Source: a virus
IMG/VR virus record: IMGVR_UViG_3300002835_000148
DNA length: 64,000 bases
Direction: 5' to 3' (one strand)
This document shows, in pieces, positions 36,421 through 44,575 of the stretch (its first letter is position 1; every line of letters begins with the position of its first letter). The notes beneath the pieces were generated by a model. The model was not told where the DNA came from. It worked only from the letters and a program-made list of their open reading frames with translations, and searched no databases. Made by a program: the position numbers and the translations under genes.

Positions 36421-39354
36421 CTATAATATGATGCTTAGCAGTCTGGTGTTAAAGCGGTAGACCCTCACGGGTGCTGTGGAGTATACCTTGGTGTCGAAGC
36501 CTATATTCAGCATCTGCTCTGTCTCCAGTGCATTAGACGCCCTCAATGCTTCCACTAGCTGAGTTGTCGGTAGGCGCTTCTCACTCATCCATGCCTCGAA
36601 GTCAGCGATAGTCAGATATAGCCTTTCTTTTGACACTTCGTAGCGCCCCTTCAACGAGCCTATCACGGGCTTGAAAGTAGACTGCCTCATCAGTATATCA
36701 TCAACTTCTGATGCCCCTGCGCTTACGACAAGAATATGCTGGTGCTTTTCATTCCAGTAACGGCTTATTATTTCTTCGTATTTATTATCCTCGTTGACGA
36801 TAGATGACTTACGAATGGTAGCACGGGTGGTTGTCACTAAGCCTAGCGCCCACTCCCATATAGGCTCTATAGGCACCTTGATTAGACCCAAGCGATTAGC
36901 GATTTCCGCCCCCGTGAACGCCGCCGCAAAACAGGCAGAGTAGAAACGGTCTTTGCTCTTCAGCCCTGCTTCCTTATCGAACTTGTCGTGTATCTCTTTC
37001 ATGCGTTCAATCACGTTGTCCAGATTAGGCACAACATACTTCATGAACTCTTCGCCTGCTATGCCGTAATGTCTAGGCAAGGTATAACTGAATAGGTCAT
37101 CTGCTTCCTGTTTTGTCAAGCTCTTGTCCAACGGCACAGGGATTTCAAGGATACGATACATCTCACCTTCTACAGATGCCTTGTGTTGTTTAAGCACATC
37201 GTACAGGCTGTTGTTGCCTGAAGTCTGGAATATCGTAGCCCATGTTGTCTCGTTGACTCGCTCCTCATTTGCATTACTAGCCATGCGATTTCTGCCACGG
37301 CCAGAGGACAAGTCAAACGCCAGCCTGCTCACGGCTTCAGGTGCCATATTGGTCAGCTCGTCTATGCAGACAGGGATATTGTTCAACACACCTGCTCTAT
37401 GCAGCTTGGCATTGTTGGTGTCGTTGTCTGTCAGCATACCCTCTACAGGATTACCCCATACGCTTGTTGCTACCTTCTGTGCGGTGGATTTACCCACGCC
37501 AGAAGCTACGTTAGTCAGGTGCAACAACATGCTGCCTTCGCCAATAAACTTGTAGAGGGGCGCACCGAAACTTGCAAACAGACTGAAGCCTCGCGCCTCA
37601 TTTCCCGGCATAGCATAGGTATTGGCTACTTTCTGCCACATCGCTAACTCACCCTGCTTGGAGTAAATCTTAGCTACGTTCTCTACATTCTTTGCAATAG
37701 GGCAGAATTTGATATTGCCGGTGCGATCTATTTCTCTAGTGCCTATTACAAAGCTCTGCCCGTTATCATGCCAGCCAAACTGCATCCTTGATCTTTCCGC
37801 CGCGCTGTCCTTTTGCAGCTTGTGAACCCATGCCGCTAAGTATTTTCTTAGTAGCTCTAGGCGCTTAGGATTCGCTGCGGCGCTGACACCCTTCTTGGAT
37901 AGTAACTCTTGCAGCTTGTCTGTCTTGAATACAACGGTCAGGGGTGCAGTAAACTCAGCGATACCATCATTAGGCAGTCGCCTAGCAATTACAATGTATT
38001 CCTCCTGCCCGTCACACATCCTGCTCTTAACCCACAAGTCATGCTCATACACCATAACTTCATCAGGGTCAGCGTCAGGGTCTTCTGAAGGTGCTGCATC
38101 CTCTGGGCTTCCTCTAAATGCCACACCACCTGTCTTGGGTCTTAGCCAAGGAAAAGGGTAGTCACTAGGTATTTCTACTGTAACTGTTTCGCCAAGGCTC
38201 TCGTGCTTATCCTCGAAAACATTGTCTTCAGGTGTAGCTTCTTCAATCATTACACCTAACAGCAGAGGAGTGCTGATCTTGCCTCTATGGATACACTGCC
38301 CACAAAGCTGCGGCTGGTCTAATTCTTTCCACTTCTCGCATAAGCGTGGCCCCACTTTGCGCTCAGCCTTCGCATAGGCTTCGGCAAATACATAGTCGGG
38401 GTGGTCTCTCGACACCATGTCGATAGCTTCGTTTTTATCTATGCAGTGCCATGCAATAGATAGAGCGGCATCCCACATAGGCTCTTCTAGTGATGCTCTA
38501 TTGGCAACGCAGTAGGCGATCTGCGGGCACCCTGCGCTTTTCTGAATCTTCTTGTTGACGAGGCGGATTGCTTTCTTGCCGTCCTCTTGTAGATACTCTT
38601 CCTCTACCTGTTCCGTAACCTCAATAGTCTCAATGCTTTTCTTGTATATGCGGCTGAATTTGTACTTCGTGCTGTTCTTCAGCAGTGCATCCATCACAGG
38701 GTCAGCGTTATTGGCTGAGTATGATCCCCGCGCTATGTAGCCTATCTTGGATGCAAAGTCCTCTAAGGAAATAGCAGCGCAAGTTTTCTTTAACGTGACT
38801 AACTTGTGAGCATTGTTGCGCTTTTTGTTCGTAGTCCCCGGTATGCGAAGGATTCGCGCACCGTCTGCTGTAACTACATTGTCTGCTTTTAGTCCCTTCT
38901 CAATCGTCTTTCTTTTCAGAGCATCAGCTACGGGCTTCCATGCGTTATAGTCTACCGATTCGTCCAAGGGCCAGTAGGTGTGAACTCCGAATCCTGAATC
39001 TACTAGTGTCGGTATGGGCAGTCCGACCTCTTTGCAGAACGCTGTCAGTGCTAGTATTGCTGTCTTTTGGTCTGGGTAGCTCTTGTCTTTCCCGCAATCT
39101 AAGTCTAAATAAAATGTTTTAAGACTATGGACATTACGAACATCCTTAGCCTTAGATGAATCAACGTAACTTGCACACCCGAAATAAACTTCGCGCCCTG
39201 CCTCATCAAGCGACCTGATGCACTCATCTGCCTCCTCACTCCCCATGTTGAAATACTTAACAACAGGAGGTGCAGACCTATCACTCATCAACCCTACGAT
39301 GCAAAGCAAGCCGTTTTCGGGCAACACAACATCTAATAATTCTTGTCCTATCAT
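36421..39354 (-). CDS. Bifunctional primase-polymerase (AEP) / SF3-type helicase
   Basis: AEP motifs YLDLDCG and SGFGVHTYW at the N-terminus. Walker A is VASGVGKST and Walker B is VCIDELT in the C-terminal half. 977 aa. Confidence 0.8.
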   Translation of the reverse strand: MIGQELLDVVLPENGLLCIVGLMSDRSAPPVVKYFNMGSEEADECIRSLDEAGREVYFGCASYVDSSKAKDVRNVHSLKTFYLDLDCGKDKSYPDQKTAILALTAFCKEVGLPIPTLVDSGFGVHTYWPLDESVDYNAWKPVADALKRKTIEKGLKADNVVTADGARILRIPGTTNKKRNNAHKLVTLKKTCAAISLEDFASKIGYIARGSYSANNADPVMDALLKNSTKYKFSRIYKKSIETIEVTEQVEEEYLQEDGKKAIRLVNKKIQKSAGCPQIAYCVANRASLEEPMWDAALSIAWHCIDKNEAIDMVSRDHPDYVFAEAYAKAERKVGPRLCEKWKELDQPQLCGQCIHRGKISTPLLLGVMIEEATPEDNVFEDKHESLGETVTVEIPSDYPFPWLRPKTGGVAFRGSPEDAAPSEDPDADPDEVMVYEHDLWVKSRMCDGQEEYIVIARRLPNDGIAEFTAPLTVVFKTDKLQELLSKKGVSAAANPKRLELLRKYLAAWVHKLQKDSAAERSRMQFGWHDNGQSFVIGTREIDRTGNIKFCPIAKNVENVAKIYSKQGELAMWQKVANTYAMPGNEARGFSLFASFGAPLYKFIGEGSMLLHLTNVASGVGKSTAQKVATSVWGNPVEGMLTDNDTNNAKLHRAGVLNNIPVCIDELTNMAPEAVSRLAFDLSSGRGRNRMASNANEERVNETTWATIFQTSGNNSLYDVLKQHKASVEGEMYRILEIPVPLDKSLTKQEADDLFSYTLPRHYGIAGEEFMKYVVPNLDNVIERMKEIHDKFDKEAGLKSKDRFYSACFAAAFTGAEIANRLGLIKVPIEPIWEWALGLVTTTRATIRKSSIVNEDNKYEEIISRYWNEKHQHILVVSAGASEVDDILMRQSTFKPVIGSLKGRYEVSKERLYLTIADFEAWMSEKRLPTTQLVEALRASNALETEQMLNIGFDTKVYSTAPVRVYRFNTRLLSIIL

Positions 39355-39422
39355 GGTGTCCCTGCTTGCATGTGGAAAGGGCGGCGATTATACGCCGCCC
39401 CAAAGGATAAAGGAACTAACCC

Positions 39423-40298
39423 TTAATCGTCGGTAGCCCAGTCATCCAGTGTGTCTTCTATGGACTCCTCTTTAGCAGGGACTGGCTTGCTCTTGTTGCT
39501 ACGCACCACAGGCTCGGCCTCTTCACGGAATGGCGTCGGCGCTACTGCCACATCTTTTCTTGCACTTGCATCAAGAGTGCCCGGATTGAACACGATAGCT
39601 GCTTCTGCTTCAGGGCTAGCACCCTTCTCTGCTGCTATGGTTAACTCGTCGCCCTTGAGCCTACGCACCGCACGGAAATACAGGCGGGGTGTATCTGAGT
39701 GTTCATCGAAGCGCATTTCAGTCACAACCCGCGTGATTGAATAGTTGTACGCTGCGAGGTGCTTAACATAAGCGTCCAAGCCCATGTGGTCTTCATCGGG
39801 AGCTTTGCCAAACAGTGAAGTAGGTGCAAGCTGCATCTGATACACGTCACTGTTCTCTATGTTGTTGCCCAGCAGAACTGCCAACCTGCGAGAGTATTTG
39901 CAAGCGCGGCTCTTGCCATTAGAACCTGACCCCGATTTGTTCATGGGGCAAGTCTCACAGGTTTTGCCCTGCGGTGCCGCTGACCTTGCGTCAGGCTTTA
40001 TGCCATCATTCGACCAGCAGTCAGGTACGGAAATAGCATTGGGGTCATACAGCTTCGCGTAATAGGCTCGGCTAACATGAGGTGCGGCATTGACGATAAC
40101 TACATCCATCTTGGAGTCAGGGCTACGCGCCGCTTCCTGCCCATTAACGATCATGCGGAATTTGCCACCCTTTATAGAAATGCGCTTGTAGTTCGCATTG
40201 CCCAGCAGTCGTTTAGTAATCTCATCAAGACCTGTGCTGTCAGCTTTGTTGATAACAAGGTCAGTCTCATCGCGGAATAAAGTTACATTAGTAGCCAT
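39423..40298 (-). CDS. Putative ssDNA-binding protein with Cys cluster
   Basis: 291 aa with PDCWSNDG...CETCP...SRACK, and an acidic C-terminal tail DTLDDWATDD like SSB tails. It sits between the primase and helicase genes. Confidence 0.45.
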   Translation of the reverse strand: MATNVTLFRDETDLVINKADSTGLDEITKRLLGNANYKRISIKGGKFRMIVNGQEAARSPDSKMDVVIVNAAPHVSRAYYAKLYDPNAISVPDCWSNDGIKPDARSAAPQGKTCETCPMNKSGSGSNGKSRACKYSRRLAVLLGNNIENSDVYQMQLAPTSLFGKAPDEDHMGLDAYVKHLAAYNYSITRVVTEMRFDEHSDTPRLYFRAVRRLKGDELTIAAEKGASPEAEAAIVFNPGTLDASARKDVAVAPTPFREEAEPVVRSNKSKPVPAKEESIEDTLDDWATDD

Positions 40299-40318
40299 TG
40301 TGTTTTCCTATTTACGTA

Positions 40319-40735
40319 TTAAATTTTCTTGGTAGGGCGGCGAACCATGACAGTGTAGGCACTGTCAACATTCATTCCAGCGGGGTGTGCCTCTGGATGC
40401 TCTTCCAAGAACTCTTTCATTGCAGAACCGCAAATGCGCTTTTCGAGTAGGTACGGTGCGTTATACTTGATGATTACACCGTGTAGTGAACCCCAGTCGT
40501 TTGTCCAATAGCGCGTAGTGGTTGTGCGAATAATCGTCCCGTGCGGTGTGCGTATGCTAGACGCCCCCTGTGTGTTGCACAGAACATTCATCTGGGCGCG
40601 TATGTCCTCCATTCTATCCTTCAATACGGCTTGTTCTTTTTTATGCTTGTCTTCGAGAATCTCCAGTTCTGTTTTTAGTTCTATGTATTCTTTCGCCAAA
40701 AGGCTAGCGTCTACAATTTGCGCTTCATTTTCCAT
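40319..40735 (-). CDS. Hypothetical protein (138 aa)
   Basis: Coiled-coil-like N-terminus. It lies downstream of the promoter at 40784-40812. Confidence 0.5.
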   Translation of the reverse strand: MENEAQIVDASLLAKEYIELKTELEILEDKHKKEQAVLKDRMEDIRAQMNVLCNTQGASSIRTPHGTIIRTTTTRYWTNDWGSLHGVIIKYNAPYLLEKRICGSAMKEFLEEHPEAHPAGMNVDSAYTVMVRRPTKKI

Positions 40736-40758
40736 GTTAACCTCTGTTGTCTAGTTCC

Positions 40759-40776
40759 CACCGAATACCTTCGGTG
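40759..40776 (-). promoter_or_regulatory. 5' stem-loop next to the promoter at 40784-40812
   Basis: Minus strand CACCGAA-GGTA-TTCGGTG, starting 7 nt after the -10 element. Confidence 0.5.
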
Positions 40777-40783
40777 TGCGGGT

Positions 40784-40812
40784 ATTATACTGTTTTTACT
40801 ATGTTTTTACAA
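40784..40812 (-). promoter_or_regulatory. Sigma70-like promoter TTGTAA-N17-TATAAT
   Basis: Read on the minus strand. The -35 element overlaps the helicase stop codon. Confidence 0.55.
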
Positions 40813-43293
40813 GGCACCTCCCAAAAAGCTCTGATACATTTCCAACAAACTTTTTTGCGCCAGTGTGCGGCTGGCTAGCGCTTTGTACAATTTGGTCTCA
40901 ACAGGACTGCTGCATAGGTGGACTACCAAACAAGGATTCTTCTGCCCCGATCTATGCACCCGTGCATTGGCCTGTAAATATGTCTCCGCCGATGTCGTTG
41001 GGGAGAACCATACTACCGTATTAGCTGCTGTCAGTGTAACCCCATGTGCCGCCGCCTGTGGCTGAATGACTAGCACCTGTGGGTTTTTATCAGTCTGAAA
41101 CTCTTTGAAAATAACCGTGCGCTTTTTAGCCGACACATCACCGTGTATCGCTGCTGTGGTTATGCCATGCTTATTCAGGTAGCGCTCGACCAAATCTATC
41201 GAGTGCCGAAAGGCGCAAAACACTAGCGTTTTATGCGAGACTTGCTGAACAATGTCCAGCAATTCTTCCAGTTTGTTAGAGCAGTCAAACTCAACAACCT
41301 CTCCAGTGTCAGAATACACTGATCCACAATTATGCACAATAAGCGGCCCTTGGTGCCCAGCTACAACAAACCTAGCCCTGGGTCCGCAGTTAAGTAAGTC
41401 GTAAGTTTTTTGCTCTTGTCTGGAGGCACCATCAGGGCTATTTCTACGGGCCAACCCGCCTTTAGGCGTCTTCTCAATGTGATAGGCTTGATCCCATACG
41501 CCTTCGCCGCTTGTGCTATGGGCATTAAACCTTTCGGGGTGTCTATGAGTACATTCGTCCGTTTGTTCAGCCCCTGCTGTTCTGCGGTAGCCCATCGGCA
41601 ATTTTCTGGGGAATATGGGCCATTGTTGTCTATTCGATCCAGTGTGAGCCCCTTCTTGTATACCGGCCCCATATCTAACCAAAACGCCGCGAATGAATAC
41701 CGCCAACTTTCGCATACTGCTATACCCCGTGCCCCGTAATTTTTGTAGTCCTTGTTGGAGGGATTGTGACAACGGAGTATCATGTTTTGATAATTGGAAT
41801 ACGCCTGATGGTAACTCATTTTGTGCGTTTCGTTCCCGTGGTGGCAGCCACAACTCCTTGGGTATTTTCTGTGCTTCGCCCGCAAGTATTGGCTCTCCCT
41901 TTCCGTAATGTTCCCACAATCGCAAAGACAAAGCCATCTGGCTTTTTTTGCTTTCCCAACTGATGTTCCGGCCCTTGCTATCACAGTCAGGTAGCCGAAC
42001 TTTCGCTGCATCAAATCTATAGCCGGATTTGCCATATAGTATATCTCCTGCTGTGCGCCAACCTTGTGTAGTAAGGACATTATGATCTAGTGTCATAGAT
42101 ACCCCGTAGCAGTCCTCTACTTGCTTAACTCCTCGGAATATGACTCCACCATGATCTACCCATTCCTCTCCATCCCAGACTTTATGCTTGGCTGATACGT
42201 CTTGTATAGGTATCCAGCCTATATCCGTGAGTACCGGAGTATTATACACTATGCACGAAATTTGCAATAGCTTCCCCATCTGCACAGCGGCATTTACCGC
42301 TGATATATCCGTCCCCGCCGCCTGAATGAGCTGCTCTTTCCTCAGCTTATCATAGTATTTTTTCTGCTGCGCTGTCATAGGTATTTGCCTATCTGAATAC
42401 AGCATATCCGGTAAGTCTAGGCAGTCTTCTGTCTTGTATCGAATGGCTGGCTGAAGCGCTTCATACACAATATCTTGAGCTTCTGGGCGCGGAACGTATT
42501 TGAACTGCGACGTTTTCAGCATCACTTTGTCTTTCCATGCTCCAGCATATCCCGGCACAGCGCTTGGATTCACTAGCCTAGCCTGACCATACGCATCTTC
42601 TGGTGACTGCGCTGCGGGTGTTCCTGTCAATAGCCAGAGCCATGTGTCTGCCTTTATCAATGAGTTTAGCGTCTTCCATCGCCTTGTCTTTACATTCTTT
42701 AGCGCAGTGCTCTCGTCACACACAATCAGGTCAAAGCCACCCTGCAATATCTCATCGCGCACCACTTCAATCCCGTCATAGTTGATGATGACAAAATCGG
42801 CCTTACCCTTTATAACGGCGATGCGCTGCTCTTTCGTGCCGTGGGCTATACCCACTCGCCTGTGCATAACTGTATTGAATAGGTCTGACCGCCATGCACA
42901 ATCCATGATAGACAGTGGGCATACGATCAACACGCGCTTTATTGCTTTGGTGTTCAGCAGGTAGTCTGCGGCCCACGCTACAGCAGAGGTCTTCCCCGTC
43001 CCCATCGCATTAAGGCAAAACGCTCTCCTGTGCAATGTCAGAAACGATGCAGTGTCCCTCTGATGGTCAAACGGGCTGTATATTCCGGGCCAGTCGTACT
43101 TACCAAGGATAGGTGACAGCACCTTTTTGAAGCCTAGGTTTTTCAGAATCATGGCATTGCCCAGATTCCAATGCACAGCAACATCGTGCACTCCATGCCC
43201 TTCTTTTATAACCTTGGACTTTTGAATCACCTGAGTGATTTTGTCTGGGTTCTTTGTACGCACAACAAGTGCGCTATTTGCTAATACTTCCAT
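40807..43293 (-). CDS. SNF2/DEAD-like helicase interrupted by an intein
   Basis: Motifs LNAMGTGKT, DESTALKN, LTGTP and QANARVHRSGQ are present. The extein junction is ...KLLQIS|C...VHN|CGSVY. Confidence 0.85.
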   Translation of the reverse strand: MEVLANSALVVRTKNPDKITQVIQKSKVIKEGHGVHDVAVHWNLGNAMILKNLGFKKVLSPILGKYDWPGIYSPFDHQRDTASFLTLHRRAFCLNAMGTGKTSAVAWAADYLLNTKAIKRVLIVCPLSIMDCAWRSDLFNTVMHRRVGIAHGTKEQRIAVIKGKADFVIINYDGIEVVRDEILQGGFDLIVCDESTALKNVKTRRWKTLNSLIKADTWLWLLTGTPAAQSPEDAYGQARLVNPSAVPGYAGAWKDKVMLKTSQFKYVPRPEAQDIVYEALQPAIRYKTEDCLDLPDMLYSDRQIPMTAQQKKYYDKLRKEQLIQAAGTDISAVNAAVQMGKLLQISCIVYNTPVLTDIGWIPIQDVSAKHKVWDGEEWVDHGGVIFRGVKQVEDCYGVSMTLDHNVLTTQGWRTAGDILYGKSGYRFDAAKVRLPDCDSKGRNISWESKKSQMALSLRLWEHYGKGEPILAGEAQKIPKELWLPPRERNAQNELPSGVFQLSKHDTPLSQSLQQGLQKLRGTGYSSMRKLAVFIRGVLVRYGAGIQEGAHTGSNRQQWPIFPRKLPMGYRRTAGAEQTDECTHRHPERFNAHSTSGEGVWDQAYHIEKTPKGGLARRNSPDGASRQEQKTYDLLNCGPRARFVVAGHQGPLIVHNCGSVYSDTGEVVEFDCSNKLEELLDIVQQVSHKTLVFCAFRHSIDLVERYLNKHGITTAAIHGDVSAKKRTVIFKEFQTDKNPQVLVIQPQAAAHGVTLTAANTVVWFSPTTSAETYLQANARVHRSGQKNPCLVVHLCSSPVETKLYKALASRTLAQKSLLEMYQSFLGGAL
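41329..42255 (-). mobile_element. Intein (309 codons) in the SNF2 helicase
   Basis: Begins CIVYNTPVL (block A). TLDHNVLT is block B. It ends YDLLNCGPRARFVVAGHQGPLIVHN, followed by a +1 Cys. Confidence 0.85.
41361..42035 (-). CDS. Homing-endonuclease-like protein nested in the helicase intein, in a different frame
   Basis: AGGAGA lies 8 nt before ATG 42035; the ORF track opens at 42080. The protein has a Zn-ribbon CLCDCG...SCGC, the core YKNYGARGIAVCESW...LDRIDNNGPYSPENCRWAT and a C-terminal HTH-like segment. Confidence 0.75.
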   Translation of the reverse strand: MANPAIDLMQRKFGYLTVIARAGTSVGKAKKARWLCLCDCGNITERESQYLRAKHRKYPRSCGCHHGNETHKMSYHQAYSNYQNMILRCHNPSNKDYKNYGARGIAVCESWRYSFAAFWLDMGPVYKKGLTLDRIDNNGPYSPENCRWATAEQQGLNKRTNVLIDTPKGLMPIAQAAKAYGIKPITLRRRLKAGWPVEIALMVPPDKSKKLTTYLTADPGLGLL

Positions 43294-43347
43294 AATTTCA
43301 CCACATCGCTTAGGGAGCGACGACCCATGTTGTTTCGCTAGATACTT

Positions 43348-43584
43348 TTAGAGAATGTCGTAGGTGTCATCCTCACTTGATATTTTAAGAACATCCTGCA
43401 CATCGGGTTTGATAACATCGCCGCTGTGCACCCACTCCTTGATCTGTTTGTAGCAGTGCTTCCTCTCCCGACGGGCTACCACAAAGGTCATGTTTATCAA
43501 CTCATCCAAGAACCGATCTATGACCTCTTGCGGCATCCCAGCGTTTCGTGCTAACTGCTTAACGCTTTTAGTTGTTACTCTCAT
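43348..43584 (-). CDS. Hypothetical protein (78 aa)
   Basis: ATGA-type overlap with the upstream ORF. No motif recognised. Confidence 0.5.
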   Translation of the reverse strand: MRVTTKSVKQLARNAGMPQEVIDRFLDELINMTFVVARRERKHCYKQIKEWVHSGDVIKPDVQDVLKISSEDDTYDIL

Positions 43585-43874
43585 TTTTTCTTTTTCGGAC
43601 TGTCATAAGTTGCTTTGGGTTTGTGGTTGCTAGCTCTAGCATAGCTACGGTTGTCATGCTTAGAGGTTAAAAAATATCCGTCTGCATTAGAGCCACCTTT
43701 GGACAAAGCCTTTTTATGCGCTATGTCTTTGCCGGTTCTATCCACACCTTCTTTATCCAGTTTATACCTAGCACGCTGACGGGCCAGCTTAGCTTGAAGG
43801 ACACCGCCGTCTTTTTTCTGCCGTGCCTTTTCATTCTGCCAATCACGCTTGTAGTCTCTCACCTTAGAGGGCAT
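43581..43874 (-). CDS. Small basic protein, possible HNH-like
   Basis: GKDIAHKKALSKGGSN...HDN resembles a minimal HNH motif, tentatively. The protein is Lys/Arg-rich. Confidence 0.35.
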   Translation of the reverse strand: MPSKVRDYKRDWQNEKARQKKDGGVLQAKLARQRARYKLDKEGVDRTGKDIAHKKALSKGGSNADGYFLTSKHDNRSYARASNHKPKATYDSPKKKK

Positions 43875-43883
43875 CGCCTTCTC

Positions 43884-44564
43884 CTATCTATTTCTGCCGT
43901 TATGCTCACAAGATAGTGCTTCGCACCACTTGCCACATAAACCATTCGGTTTTGGGTTGAACACGCCTGTTTCATAAGACATTTCTCGTTGTGCAAGTAT
44001 ACCATGCAGGTCAGAGAAAATAGTGAAAGCCTCGTCACGGGTGTAGACACTCTGTATGCGGTCATTAGGCACGATGAACCACAGCATAGCCTTCACTTTT
44101 TCCAACTGCGGAAACTTAGCGAACATACACGCTGCCATCAGCGCCAACTGCTTTATGTCTGCATAACGAGAGCTTTTGCCTGTCTTGTAGTCCAGCACCC
44201 AGCCTGTGCTGTCATTTATGATAATCAGGTCGGCTATGCCTCTAAACCATACGTCCTTGTCAAAGAAGTCACAGGCTACCAGCTTACCGTCCTCTTTCTT
44301 CAACCCCATTTTGAGTTCGCAATGCTTATCACCGGGGAATCTCTTTAGGCTGTCTAGGTAAGACTGTATATGAGAAAACTTGGGCAGGAGTGGCTTGTCA
44401 TCGCGTACGTACTCTTCCGCTGCGGTATGCAGCTCTTTTCCGTAAAGTGTAGCCTCAGTGTCAGTGAATACTACTTCTTTGGTGATCTTCTCCGCCTCGT
44501 ACTTACGAGGGCATAGCTCATACAATTTTATTGATGAGAAACTCCATGCTCCGGGTTTTTTCAT
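43884..44564 (-). CDS. PD-(D/E)XK exonuclease, Cas4/RecB-like
   Basis: An N-terminal Cys (YELCPRKY), GIADLIII...LDYKTGK, QLALMA and the C-terminal cluster CGKWCEALSC. Confidence 0.8.
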   Translation of the reverse strand: MKKPGAWSFSSIKLYELCPRKYEAEKITKEVVFTDTEATLYGKELHTAAEEYVRDDKPLLPKFSHIQSYLDSLKRFPGDKHCELKMGLKKEDGKLVACDFFDKDVWFRGIADLIIINDSTGWVLDYKTGKSSRYADIKQLALMAACMFAKFPQLEKVKAMLWFIVPNDRIQSVYTRDEAFTIFSDLHGILAQREMSYETGVFNPKPNGLCGKWCEALSCEHNGRNR

Positions 44565-44575
44565 CTGTACCTTCC

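Noticed and set aside
36414-36428. TTGACA (minus strand) and TATAAT (plus strand) hexamers at the convergence point.
   Set aside because: TATAAT lies inside the last codons of the primase-helicase gene. The TTGACA would drive antisense transcription into the terminators with only a weak -10. These are probably chance matches.
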